Below, one piece after another: positions 41,068 through 51,005 of a stretch of DNA of 64,000 bases. Origin of the DNA: Dehalococcoidia bacterium (lineage in GTDB: Bacteria; Chloroflexota; Dehalococcoidia; Plut-88900). The position numbers and the translations under genes are program-made. The stretch is from contig OZ240215.1 of the NCBI GenBank assembly GCA_965197585.1, forward strand, positions 128,001 to 192,000. The letters are read 5' to 3'. The notes beneath the pieces are model-generated. The model did no database searches, was not told the DNA's origin, and saw only the letters and a program-made list of their open reading frames with translations. The first letter of the stretch is position 1, and each line of letters opens with the position of its first letter.

Positions 41068-42213
41068 CTATGGGGCGCTTCCTACAATTTCGGCCATGGC
41101 TTCCACGGCCTCGGCTATGCGCGGCCCCTGGTTGCGCAGGAAGATCACGACGTCGAGTTCATGCAACTGGCCACTTGTAATTGCCCGTAGGCTCGAGAAT
41201 CCGGGTATGCGAGGCAGCATCACCGAGAGTCGGGGCGCGGGTTCCGGCGCAGGTGTGATCGTGAACAGGAAGTCCGGGTCCATAGTGAGCAACTGCTCAG
41301 CCGAAATCTGGGCGAAACCCGGAAACGTCCCGCTGTCGGGCAAGTCGGCCGCCGGGTTTGACAGTTGCAGCATCGAAGTTATGGCCCCGGGGTACGATTG
41401 TGGCTTGGCGACATACAGGTTTCTGTCCGCGTCCGAGATCAGGACCAGCGCACTAGTGCCGACGCTCGTATTCCCGATCGCCGACTCCACCCGTGCCTCT
41501 ATCTCCCTAGCCGCCAGCTGAGCCCCTTCCTCCTTCCCAATAATCTGCCCCAAAAGCTTGATTCCCATCGTCACGTCCTCCAGCGAGGCCGCACGAACCG
41601 CCACCACTGGCGGTCCCAGCTGTGATAGCGGCCCTAGGAACCGTGCCTGGGTCAGTGCCTCAATTAGTATCAGGTCCGGGCGTTGGGCCGCAATCGCCTC
41701 GAAACTGGGCGAGTAGGCGCCTCCCAACTCCGGAAGGCCGAGCACCTCGTCAGGAAAAGTCGAGCTCGAGTCCCGTGCCACTGCCATACCGCCTGCAACG
41801 TAAAGCATCTCCGTCGCCGTTGGGCTGATGCTCGCTATCCGCACTGGCTTGGCTGCAATCTCCACGGGCCTGCCCATCATGTCCGTAATCTGCAATGGGT
41901 AGGGTCCCGGCATGGCCTCAGGGGTCGACGTCGGTTCAGGTTCAGGCTCGGGTGTGGCCTGGTCGGCCGGAGCCGGAGTTGGGGTGGGCACATGGGTTGG
42001 AGCAACCGTGGGCAATGGGGTCGGGGCTACGGTGGGCACGGGTGTCGGAAGCGGTGAACTCTCAGTGGGAGCCACCGTGGCAGTGGGTCGCACGGTATCA
42101 TCGCTCCATGGTCCCAAGTTTAGACACGGGGGTATGATCAGAACCAATGCCAGCGTGAAAAATAAGGATACAGCCAATACTCTAGTTCGTGTAATGATGT
42201 TCAACTTAATCAC
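41068..42213 (-). CDS. iron-siderophore/cobalamin ABC substrate-binding protein with PT linker
   Basis: ITDMMGR-x-V, RIASISP-x-ATEML, PSFEAI-x-x-x-RPDL and GPRI motifs. Confidence 0.88.
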   Translation of the reverse strand: MIKLNIITRTRVLAVSLFFTLALVLIIPPCLNLGPWSDDTVRPTATVAPTESSPLPTPVPTVAPTPLPTVAPTHVPTPTPAPADQATPEPEPEPTSTPEAMPGPYPLQITDMMGRPVEIAAKPVRIASISPTATEMLYVAGGMAVARDSSSTFPDEVLGLPELGGAYSPSFEAIAAQRPDLILIEALTQARFLGPLSQLGPPVVAVRAASLEDVTMGIKLLGQIIGKEEGAQLAAREIEARVESAIGNTSVGTSALVLISDADRNLYVAKPQSYPGAITSMLQLSNPAADLPDSGTFPGFAQISAEQLLTMDPDFLFTITPAPEPAPRLSVMLPRIPGFSSLRAITSGQLHELDVVIFLRNQGPRIAEAVEAMAEIVGSAP

Positions 42214-42390
42214 TTACTAGACCTCTCTTATGTCTTCGCGCGGCATCAAGCGCTGAATTATCCCTGTCCCGGCCCGCTACTTCACTGACGACAAAACGAC
42301 CTGGTTTCTTATGGTCCCCACGGTAAATGGTCATGGTCCATGCCGTGAAAGGATTGCCACCTGCCCAGTCCTTGAGACGGCTGCCAAGAA

Positions 42391-43731
42391 TCAGAAGGCG
42401 GGGTGTACCGCGGTTATCTTTCGTTCCGGCGATCTTGCTTCTCCCCGACCCACTCCCTTGTATTTGAAGCCCATCTTGGCCAACTCGTCAGGGTCCAGGA
42501 CGTTTCTGCCATCGAAGATGAACTTGGGTGGCAGCATATTGCGGGATATCGACCCCCAGTCAGCGCGTGAGAACTCATCCCATTCGGTCAGAAGCGCCAC
42601 CGCATGAGCTCCGAGGCAGGCCTGTTCTACAGAATCCATGAACAGCACCGAAGGTGGAAGCACGGCGCGCGCCGCTTCTGTGGCTCGGGGGTCAAACGCC
42701 TGCACCCGCGCTCCCCGCCGGATCAACTCATCGATTGCTGTTAGGGATGCTGCCCCGCGGACGTCGTCAGTGTTCGGCTTGAAAGCCAGCCCCAGGACCC
42801 CGATGGTGACACCCGATAGGTCACCCCCGAATCGGGCCGCAAGGGCCTCAACCGGCAATCTGCGCTGCCGATCGTTCACCTGCGCCACCGACTTCAGCAG
42901 CTTGAGTTCAACGCCGCTGGACACCGCGAGGTGGTTTAGTGCGCGAATGTCCTTGGGGAAGCAGGATCCGCCGTACCCTACTCCCGCCTTCACCATGCTT
43001 CCTGTCCTGGCATCCATGAAGATTCCCCTGGTCACTGCGTCTATCGAACCCCCGACCTCGTCGCACAAAGCAGCGATCTCATTCATAAACGAGATCCGAG
43101 TGGCCAGAAAGGCATTGCTGGCGTACTTGATCATCTCTGCGCTAGTGACGTTTGTGACCAGGAATGGCGCATCGATACCCGTGTGCATCTCCTTCACCAC
43201 CTTCACGGAACGACCATCAGGCGTCTCCGCACCGATGACTATGCGGTACGGAGACTGCCAGTCTTCCAGGGCTTGTCCTTCCCGCAGAAATTCGGGATTG
43301 GAAACGTAGCTCGCACCAGTCCCCCTCAACACCCGCTCCATGATGATACGGCCCGTTCCGGGCGGCACCGTACTCTTCATAATCACCACAACTCCCCTTA
43401 GGTCGAAGCGCTTAATCCAACCAAGTGCTGACCAGACCTGTCGAAGGTCCGGGGCGCCGTTGTTCATCGGCGGAGTCCCCGTGGCGATCAGGACTATGTC
43501 GCCGATCATTCCCTTCATCTCATCCTGGTGAATGAATCGCAGGTTACCCTTCTGCAGGCCCCACTTGATCCAGGCACTGAGCCCCGGCTCATACATGAAC
43601 AACCTCTGCGATTTGAGCATTTGAACGCGTTGCCGGTCAACGTCCACGCCATTGACTTGATGTCCCGTTATGGCCAGCCCTGCGGCTGCCGCCATTCCCA
43701 GATGTCCGAGCCCCAATACTGTAATTCTCAC
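42391..43731 (-). CDS. ugd: UDP-glucose/GDP-mannose 6-dehydrogenase
   Basis: KSTVPPGT, NPEFLREG, KYASNAFLA, GYGGSCFPKD and GLAFKPNTDD motifs. Confidence 0.93.
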   Translation of the reverse strand: MRITVLGLGHLGMAAAAGLAITGHQVNGVDVDRQRVQMLKSQRLFMYEPGLSAWIKWGLQKGNLRFIHQDEMKGMIGDIVLIATGTPPMNNGAPDLRQVWSALGWIKRFDLRGVVVIMKSTVPPGTGRIIMERVLRGTGASYVSNPEFLREGQALEDWQSPYRIVIGAETPDGRSVKVVKEMHTGIDAPFLVTNVTSAEMIKYASNAFLATRISFMNEIAALCDEVGGSIDAVTRGIFMDARTGSMVKAGVGYGGSCFPKDIRALNHLAVSSGVELKLLKSVAQVNDRQRRLPVEALAARFGGDLSGVTIGVLGLAFKPNTDDVRGAASLTAIDELIRRGARVQAFDPRATEAARAVLPPSVLFMDSVEQACLGAHAVALLTEWDEFSRADWGSISRNMLPPKFIFDGRNVLDPDELAKMGFKYKGVGRGEARSPERKITAVHPAF

Positions 43732-43860
43732 CTGTCGTGCCTCCCGATCCTTCGGTATCCGGCTAACGCCGGGAATTCCCTGTCAGCGGTCTTCGGCGGC
43801 CGAGCGCCAGCCCCGCCGGAGCATTTCCAGAAATTGATTTGGATTACCTTACTACGGGTA

Positions 43861-43888
43861 TTGACAAATGGCAATATAGCAGTAATAT
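43861..43888 (+). promoter_or_regulatory. sigma70-type promoter for the 43958 operon
   Basis: TTGACA-N16-TAATAT in the AT-rich divergent intergenic region. Confidence 0.5.
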
Positions 43889-43957
43889 CACCACAACTTT
43901 CACAATTAGGTAACACATAAATCATAAACATGCAACTACCTATTATCTGAGCTACTG

Positions 43958-46900
43958 ATGCAGCACAATGCAATTTCGCCTGACGAACAGGCCGCGATGC
44001 ACACCCCTCCTCCAGGCCCTGGCGCCAAGGATAGTCCCCGCGCAGGAGGTCTATTCTCTCTTTCTCCAATACGGATCATTGTTGCAATTACTCTTGTGGT
44101 TGCGGTTGCCATGGTAGTGGTCTTCTTCGCGGACAGGGGTCACCTGGAGGCCGCATTTTCGGGATTTAGGGCCAGACCCCTTTGGCTGCTGCTTTTCCTG
44201 GTTGCCTATACGGCAGCCTTCTTGCTGCGAGCCGTTGCGTGGAGAGTCTTGTTGGGGCCCGGTGGTGGCATTTACCGCCTTTTCGTCGCCATACAGGCTG
44301 CTTTGTTGGCAAATCACCTCCTTCCCTTCAAGCTGGGGGAGTTGGTCCGGCCTATAGTGGCCCACAGATCAGGGGTCCCACTGGTGCAGGCCACCGCAAC
44401 TACCGCAGTAGCGCGGATGTTGGACCTCGCCGCCCTCGTGGTGATCGCCGGCCTTGTCGGGCCCTTCGTTTCCCTTTCCACCGGCGACGACTTCTGGATG
44501 CAGGCTATGGCCTTCCCGGCATTGGCACTGCTTGCGGCGGTAGTATTGCTCGAGGTCATCCGAAGGTGGGGGTTGGAGACCCGGCTCCCGGCACCTGTTT
44601 TGCGCCGCTTCACCGAGTTCAGGTCACAACTCAAGCAGGTCTCCGCTGCAAGAATCGTCCACGCTGCCCTGTGGACTCTCCCGAGCTGGGTCCTGGAAGC
44701 TTCAGTTCTATTTGCGGTGGCGAGGGTGCTTGGAATCGAGCTATCTATCACAGCAGCGATAGCGATTACCGCCTTCACAATCCTGTTCCAGATATTCCAC
44801 CTGACACCCGGCGGCATCGGCGTCTATGAAGGGGTGATGTCCGGTGCCCTGTATGCCCACGGAATTCCATTTGAGGAAGGACTTGCCCTGGCGGCCCTTA
44901 CCCACGCCCTGAAATTCGCCTACTCCTACACCGTATCGCTGGCATTCACCCTTACAGCCGCGCGCCACCTGCCCGAGCTGAACCCTCTGAGCAAATTGCG
45001 AGGTTCCTCGGATGGCGCAAAGGCTGCCTCACGCTTCGAGGTCATTGCCGCCCGGCTCTGGAACGTCCTCAACGAAGGCAAGCCCTTCACACCCGTGTTC
45101 GTCCTCGGTGTCCTGGGGCTGATAAGCCTCCTCCACGTGACTGACGCCTCATACTGGCCTAAGGCCGGTATTGCTCTCCTTGCCCTGATACCCCTCTCAC
45201 TGGTCTTCTACCGTTTCGACTTTCCCCTCAAGCTGCGCGTCGCACTGTGGGTATTCCTGGGCATCTTCTTCGGCGTGTTCCGCTTCGTAGACCCGGTAGC
45301 CGCGGCGATTACCGTGGGGCTCTATATTGCTTTTACCGTCTTCCTTTGGGGTTCCGTCTACTACCACCTCCGCATCGGAACGCCGTGGACCAACTTCACC
45401 AGGTTCTGGCGGCTGGTCCTGGAAAACCCTGACCCTACCAGCGGCAATTTCTTGGAGCAGGTCCCCAAGGCCCTGCTGTTGGTCTTGTCGTTCCAATTGA
45501 TGGTCCAGCAGCCCGGACTGAGTACGGCCCTAGGATTGGAGTTCTTCTTCCTGGGCATTGGGGTGGTCGCGCTTCTGGCCCACCAGTGGTTCTTCACCTG
45601 GCCCCCGGCCCATTCGCTGGCGGCTACCCGTGCGCCATACGGCGGTCAGAGCAGTCGAGGCAAACGGTTTATAGCCATCGTCATCGATGGGTGCCGCGCC
45701 GACCGGCTGCTCGAAGCGGACACGCCGTTCATCGACCGCCTCCGGCGTGAAGGAGCAGACTATACAAACACCGCGACGGTATATCCCGCTCGGACGGTGA
45801 CGGGCTTCAGTTCCATGCTCACAGGCGCCCCGCCCAAACTCCATGGAATGCGCAGTAACTTCGTTCCCAACCTGGGAGTGAAGTGCGAATCCATATTCGA
45901 CTCTTTGCGGGCTGCCGGGATGACCGGAAAGCTGGTGGGCATTGCTCACTTGGTGGATGCCTTTGGCCATAAGGACGTCGAGACCGTCACAGCCGTCACC
46001 CACAACGACGAAATCGACAACGCCCTCGTGGCCCGGGCAAAGGCCGTCATGGATCGAGAAAACCCCGATTTGCTGGTCCTTCAACTACTGAGTGTAGACC
46101 AGACCGGCCACGCCCGTGGCAGCTACAACACCGAGTACCTCGAGAAAATAGAGATAACCGATCGCATAATCGAGGACTTCCTCGCATGGTGCCGGGAATC
46201 CGGCTACCTCGAAGATGCCACCGTGCTTATCACTTCCGACCACGGCCAAGGCATAGGCATAGGCGGCCACGGTCACATGAGCCCATCAGAGGTCCATGTC
46301 CCATGCATTATGTGGGGGGCCGGGGTGGAGCAGACCGGAGCGTTTGATAGACCCCGGTCTGTCATGGACGTAGCGCCAACCATCGCTCACTTCCTCGGTG
46401 CAGACCCTCCATCTCAGTCGGTGGGTCAGGTCCTGGGTGTCGCTGACCAATGTGAGAGTGCGAAGCCGTTGGCTGTGATAATTCCTGCCCACAACGAAGC
46501 GGAAAACCTGCCCGAGACACTCTCATCAATTCCCAGGACCCAACTGTCCAACCTCCGAATCATCGTCGTGGACGATGGGTCTACGGATGGAACCGGACAG
46601 GTCGCTCGATCGCACGGGGCCGACCTCGTGGTACGGCACGACAAAAACCGCGGGTTGGGCGCTGCCTTGAGGACAGGAATGGAAACTGCCCGGCAACTGG
46701 ACGCTCGGGCCGCGGTCTACATCGACGCTGACGGAGAATACCCGCCTTCCCAAATACCCGACCTCCTAGCCCCCATCAATGCCAGGGAGGCTGACTACGT
46801 GCTTGGCTCCCGCTACATGGGCGGCATAAAGGGCCAGTCCATCGTGCGTCGGATGGGCAACTTTTGCTTCACCGCCCTGCTGTCCCTCGCCGCCGGCCGG

Positions 46901-47140
46901 CGCATCACTGACGGTCAGACCGGCTTCAGAGCTTTCTCCCGCCGCGCCCTGGAATGCGCTGAGATCATCCATGACTACAACTACGCACAGGTCCTCACCC
47001 TGGATCTACTCAAGAAAGGGATGAAGATGAAGGAAGTTCCCATCTCTTACCAGCCCCGATCCAGAGGCAAGTCCTTCATAAGCCTCAAGTATTTATGGCG
47101 GGTACCGGTCGCCATGTTCAGACAGATGCTGAATACGTAA
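43958..47140 (+). CDS. triple fusion: UPF0104/LPG-synthase-like flippase + membrane-bound alkaline-phosphatase-superfamily domain + GT2 (DPM1-like) glycosyltransferase
   Basis: NHLLPFKLGELVR and TPGGIGVYE; IVIDGCRAD, YPARTV, DQTGH and TSDHG; IIPAHNE, VVDDGSTD, DADGEY and TDGQTGFR. Confidence 0.85.
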   Translation: MQHNAISPDEQAAMHTPPPGPGAKDSPRAGGLFSLSPIRIIVAITLVVAVAMVVVFFADRGHLEAAFSGFRARPLWLLLFLVAYTAAFLLRAVAWRVLLGPGGGIYRLFVAIQAALLANHLLPFKLGELVRPIVAHRSGVPLVQATATTAVARMLDLAALVVIAGLVGPFVSLSTGDDFWMQAMAFPALALLAAVVLLEVIRRWGLETRLPAPVLRRFTEFRSQLKQVSAARIVHAALWTLPSWVLEASVLFAVARVLGIELSITAAIAITAFTILFQIFHLTPGGIGVYEGVMSGALYAHGIPFEEGLALAALTHALKFAYSYTVSLAFTLTAARHLPELNPLSKLRGSSDGAKAASRFEVIAARLWNVLNEGKPFTPVFVLGVLGLISLLHVTDASYWPKAGIALLALIPLSLVFYRFDFPLKLRVALWVFLGIFFGVFRFVDPVAAAITVGLYIAFTVFLWGSVYYHLRIGTPWTNFTRFWRLVLENPDPTSGNFLEQVPKALLLVLSFQLMVQQPGLSTALGLEFFFLGIGVVALLAHQWFFTWPPAHSLAATRAPYGGQSSRGKRFIAIVIDGCRADRLLEADTPFIDRLRREGADYTNTATVYPARTVTGFSSMLTGAPPKLHGMRSNFVPNLGVKCESIFDSLRAAGMTGKLVGIAHLVDAFGHKDVETVTAVTHNDEIDNALVARAKAVMDRENPDLLVLQLLSVDQTGHARGSYNTEYLEKIEITDRIIEDFLAWCRESGYLEDATVLITSDHGQGIGIGGHGHMSPSEVHVPCIMWGAGVEQTGAFDRPRSVMDVAPTIAHFLGADPPSQSVGQVLGVADQCESAKPLAVIIPAHNEAENLPETLSSIPRTQLSNLRIIVVDDGSTDGTGQVARSHGADLVVRHDKNRGLGAALRTGMETARQLDARAAVYIDADGEYPPSQIPDLLAPINAREADYVLGSRYMGGIKGQSIVRRMGNFCFTALLSLAAGRRITDGQTGFRAFSRRALECAEIIHDYNYAQVLTLDLLKKGMKMKEVPISYQPRSRGKSFISLKYLWRVPVAMFRQMLNT

Positions 47141-47214
47141 TGCCACGCTGCGGGCCGGGCGAACAAACTTAACGGCTCAAGAAGAAGAGTTCCCGCAAAA
47201 GTAACAGGAGGGAT

Positions 47215-48507
47215 TTGAAAATGGCCACTAGGGACAGAATCAGGCCTAGAGGCGTCAAGGGCTACGTCTTGGTCGCCGGTTTGGCGATTCTCTTGGCGCT
47301 GCTGCTCATTGCAGCCTGTAGCGACGACGCCGGAGAAGATCGCCCCGGCATCCAGGTAATTGACAGCGAGAGCGGCTCCGTTAGCGCATCCGCAAGCGGG
47401 TCCGTCAGTGGCACCGGAACGACGACCGGCTCAGGAACAGGGACCGTTTCGGCTACTGGAACCGGCACAGGAACAGTTTCGGCCACCGGGACCGGTATGA
47501 CGTCCGGATCTGGAGAGGGTCGAGGCCTCTGGATTCCCGTCGGTCAGGAGCCCGAGACCGAAGGGCCCACGAAGTCAGACGGTTACTACACCCCCACCAC
47601 CAACCGGGAGATTTACCAGAAGATCTCCTCCGACTACCAGGAGATAGTCAATCTCACCAACGTAATCAAAGAGGGTAATCCCTTGCCCGCAGCGGAGATA
47701 TGGCTTATGTACGAAGCGGGTACGCATACCCGCATAGGCGCACAGAGCCGCACGCTTCGGTCCTTTGCGGCCGGCACGACGCCGGGGACGTATTTCCCGG
47801 ACTCGGTGGAGTTCTACGGCTCAGCCCGCTTCCTTGACTCTCCGATATCAAATGCCATACGCGGGCGCGGAGAAGCGGAGAACTACTCCGATGCTCAGAA
47901 ACGACAGGCGATAAATAAGTCCGCCCTCAGAATCGTCTACCACTGGGCCAAGTTCTACATGATCATTGGCGGCGAGCAGATGAGGTCCGGTTTGGTCGAT
48001 GAGGCTTGGGCCATCTACGTGGGCGAGGAAGTGGACGGGGCATACCCGAACTCACTGGCGGCCACCGCCCAAAGTCGGGAGGGCAACTTCGGCCGGGAAG
48101 GCACGATCGACATTCCCCTGCGCCAGGCCATGGACAGGGCAAGACAGGCAGCTGATGAGATGGACGCCGCAGCCTATGAGGCTGCAGCTCAGGAGGTCTA
48201 CTCACGCTTTAACGCCATCTTCTACCTCGCCACGGTCAGGTACATCGGCAGCGTATCGAATGATGCGGAAGCCGGCGACCACGACAGCTTGGGGACGCAC
48301 CAGGTCGAAGCGTTGGCCTTCTACCGGTCCATTCAACCCGAGGTCGCAAAGACTGACGCGGCTGCCGACGAGACCATCGTCGCCTACCTCGTAGCCGAGC
48401 CAGACCAGATCACTACTGCGGCCCGTGACGAGGCCCTTGCTGCCCTCAACCGGACTTCATCGGCACTCCTTCTGACTGAAGATGACCTTGAAACCAGCTA
48501 CGAGTGA
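47215..48507 (+). CDS. FEA1-like (low-iron-inducible) putative iron-binding lipoprotein with S/T/G-rich linker
   Basis: IAAC lipobox; RTLRSF and VDEAWAIYVG...SLAATAQSREGNFG resemble Fea1-family motifs. Confidence 0.6.
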   Translation: MKMATRDRIRPRGVKGYVLVAGLAILLALLLIAACSDDAGEDRPGIQVIDSESGSVSASASGSVSGTGTTTGSGTGTVSATGTGTGTVSATGTGMTSGSGEGRGLWIPVGQEPETEGPTKSDGYYTPTTNREIYQKISSDYQEIVNLTNVIKEGNPLPAAEIWLMYEAGTHTRIGAQSRTLRSFAAGTTPGTYFPDSVEFYGSARFLDSPISNAIRGRGEAENYSDAQKRQAINKSALRIVYHWAKFYMIIGGEQMRSGLVDEAWAIYVGEEVDGAYPNSLAATAQSREGNFGREGTIDIPLRQAMDRARQAADEMDAAAYEAAAQEVYSRFNAIFYLATVRYIGSVSNDAEAGDHDSLGTHQVEALAFYRSIQPEVAKTDAAADETIVAYLVAEPDQITTAARDEALAALNRTSSALLLTEDDLETSYE

Positions 48508-48546
48508 TAATCTCCATAACCTCATAACAATGCCAAGGTCAAGAAA

Positions 48547-49581
48547 ATGAAAACAGAGTTAAGTAAGAGCCAGATTGTAAAGATGCTGATTGCCGCCACC
48601 CTAGTGGTGGCGGCAATCAGCGCTTCCCTGGCATGTGGGGGCGGCGATAATACCTTGACCGTCTACTCGGGCCGGTCTCAAAACCTGGTGCATCCACTCC
48701 TGGAGGAGTTCATCGAGCAGAGCGGCATAAATGTGCGCGTCAAGTATGCGGGCAGTTCCTCCATCGCAGCCACCGTGTTGGAGGAGGGGGAAAACACCCC
48801 GGCAGACGTGGTGTTCATGCAGGATCCCGGCACTCTCGGCGCCCTCGCCGATGCCGGTAGGCTCGAAGAGTTGCCTGAAGAACTACTTGCCAAGGTGGAT
48901 CCGAACTTCAGGTCTCCTGACGACCTGTGGATAGGCACATCCGGCCGAGCTCGGACCCTGGTCTACAACACCAAGGCCATTGACCCCGAAGTTGACCTTC
49001 CCGCATCCATAAGGGACTTCACTAAACCCGAGTGGCGAGGCCGTATAGGCTGGGCGCCCCAGAACGCATCCTTCCAGACCTTCGTCACTGCCTTTCGCGT
49101 AAAGTGGGGAGAGCAGGCAGCTCGGGAGTGGCTGGAGGGCATCCATGCCAACGAACCGCGCCAATACCCCAACAACGTCACCACGGTAGCCGGAACGGCC
49201 AGGGGAGAGGTGGACGTAGGTTTCGTGAACCACTACTACCTGCAGAGATTCCTCGAGGAAGAAGGGCCCGACTTCCAGGCCCGTAACCACTTCCTCGGCG
49301 ATGGCGATCCGGGTAGCCTCATTCTGGTAGCCGGGGCAGGGATCATTAAGGAGTCCGAAAACAAGAAAGCTGCAGAGCAATTCATCGAGTTTCTGCTTTC
49401 CGACATCGCCCAGAACTACTTCTCCGAGAGCACCAAGGAATATCCCTTGGCATCGGGTGTAGCTCCTGATGCAGGGCTTCCTCCCCTGGACGCTTTGGAC
49501 CCCGTACAAATTGACCTTGGGTCTCTAAGCGACCTCCAGGGCACACTTGATTTGCTTCGGGAGGTAGGCCTCATCCCGTGA
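48547..49581 (+). CDS. Fe3+ ABC substrate-binding lipoprotein (FutA/FbpA family)
   Basis: LTVYSGR, EEGENTPADV, GRAR-x-LVYN, VNHYY and EYPL motifs. Confidence 0.92.
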   Translation: MKTELSKSQIVKMLIAATLVVAAISASLACGGGDNTLTVYSGRSQNLVHPLLEEFIEQSGINVRVKYAGSSSIAATVLEEGENTPADVVFMQDPGTLGALADAGRLEELPEELLAKVDPNFRSPDDLWIGTSGRARTLVYNTKAIDPEVDLPASIRDFTKPEWRGRIGWAPQNASFQTFVTAFRVKWGEQAAREWLEGIHANEPRQYPNNVTTVAGTARGEVDVGFVNHYYLQRFLEEEGPDFQARNHFLGDGDPGSLILVAGAGIIKESENKKAAEQFIEFLLSDIAQNYFSESTKEYPLASGVAPDAGLPPLDALDPVQIDLGSLSDLQGTLDLLREVGLIP

Positions 49582-51005
49582 CCCAAGTATCAAGCTTCAT
49601 TCGCCGGCGAGGGCTGCCGCTCAGCGCGGCAGCCCTCTTTCTCTTGCTGCTCGGCGCCTACATGTTCTCGATAGACATACGAGCGAGTCGGGGCGCGTCA
49701 ATAACAGGCGATGAGCCCTTTTACCTTCTCACTACCCAGAGCCTGATCCAGGACGGTGACCTGGACCTCACCAACCAGTACGACGCCAGATCTTACGAGA
49801 GTTTCTTTGATCACCCAGATGGGCTCTGGCAGCAATCTGTGCGCTCCCCGGACGGGCGTCTGCTAAGTCCCCACAACCCGGGACTTTCATTGCTTCTGAT
49901 CCCGGGATTTGCATTGGGTGGCCTTGTGGGTGCGCAATGCCAGTTGCTTCTAATCAGCGCTGCGGCCTTGACCCTCGCCTACCTACTGGCTAACCGTCTT
50001 TCCAAGAGTCGACGCCTCAGCTGGACCCTGACCATGGTTGTGGGTCTCTCAGCCACACCGTTCATCTACTCTACCGAGATCTATCCAGAGTTTCCTGCAG
50101 CACTTGCCTTGCTTGTCTGCCTCTTGATGGTTACCCGGCAAAAGAAGCTCTCCGCGGATGATGGGTTGTACATGGCAGTCGCGCTGACTGCGCTATGCTG
50201 GCTCGGAGTCAAGTATGCGCCCTTGGCCGCGCTTGTTGCGGCTTACTTTCTCTACAGGTCAGACAAATGCGGGAAGTTTACTTTATTGACGTCCGGGGCA
50301 GTGTCAGGGGCGTACTTCATCTGGTTCCACCTCTCTACTTTCGACAGCCTTACCCCGTACAACGTTAACGTGGTCTACGCCGGCCAGTCCTCCTTCGAGT
50401 TGATTGACAGTCACGTATCGTTTATCGACCGGTTCTACAGGCTATGGGGCCTTTTCATGGACCGGCGCTTCGGGATCGGCAGATGGACCCCCATTTTCTT
50501 GGTTGCGGTACCCGCCATGATTCTATTGCTCCCACGAGACGGGAATCGACGGCTCCTTCTCGGTCTCGTAGTCATCCAATTGCTTATCGCCACCTTCGTG
50601 GCCATAACAATGATGGGTTGGTGGTTTCCCGGCAGAACCATGCTGACCGTTTTGCCATTGTTCGTAGTCCCGCTCACCTTGATCGCCTCCAGGATGGGTC
50701 GACGATTAAGATGGATGATGGTGGGCTTGGCCACCTACAGCATTGCGGTCACTGGAGGTCTCGCATACGCCGGTCATACACGAGAAGTCACCATAGCAGT
50801 GGACCCGTTTGACATGGAATTCCCCCTGTTTAGGGGACTGTCGTGGGCCTTTCCCCAATACACCTACTGGAATTGGGAAACCTGGACGCTGACGGTCATA
50901 TGGCTGGCCATTGCTGCTATAGCGATTGGAGTAACTGCAAGACACATCTTTGGTAACGCTAGCATGAAACCCTCAGCCACCGACGGAGACTTAGAACCTA
51001 CTTGA
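49578..51005 (+). CDS. polytopic membrane protein, GT-C-fold glycosyltransferase-like
   Basis: GDEPFY after TM1, DGDLDL-x-NQY, YPE and PGR motifs; more than 10 TM helices. Confidence 0.6.
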   Translation: MTQVSSFIRRRGLPLSAAALFLLLLGAYMFSIDIRASRGASITGDEPFYLLTTQSLIQDGDLDLTNQYDARSYESFFDHPDGLWQQSVRSPDGRLLSPHNPGLSLLLIPGFALGGLVGAQCQLLLISAAALTLAYLLANRLSKSRRLSWTLTMVVGLSATPFIYSTEIYPEFPAALALLVCLLMVTRQKKLSADDGLYMAVALTALCWLGVKYAPLAALVAAYFLYRSDKCGKFTLLTSGAVSGAYFIWFHLSTFDSLTPYNVNVVYAGQSSFELIDSHVSFIDRFYRLWGLFMDRRFGIGRWTPIFLVAVPAMILLLPRDGNRRLLLGLVVIQLLIATFVAITMMGWWFPGRTMLTVLPLFVVPLTLIASRMGRRLRWMMVGLATYSIAVTGGLAYAGHTREVTIAVDPFDMEFPLFRGLSWAFPQYTYWNWETWTLTVIWLAIAAIAIGVTARHIFGNASMKPSATDGDLEPT

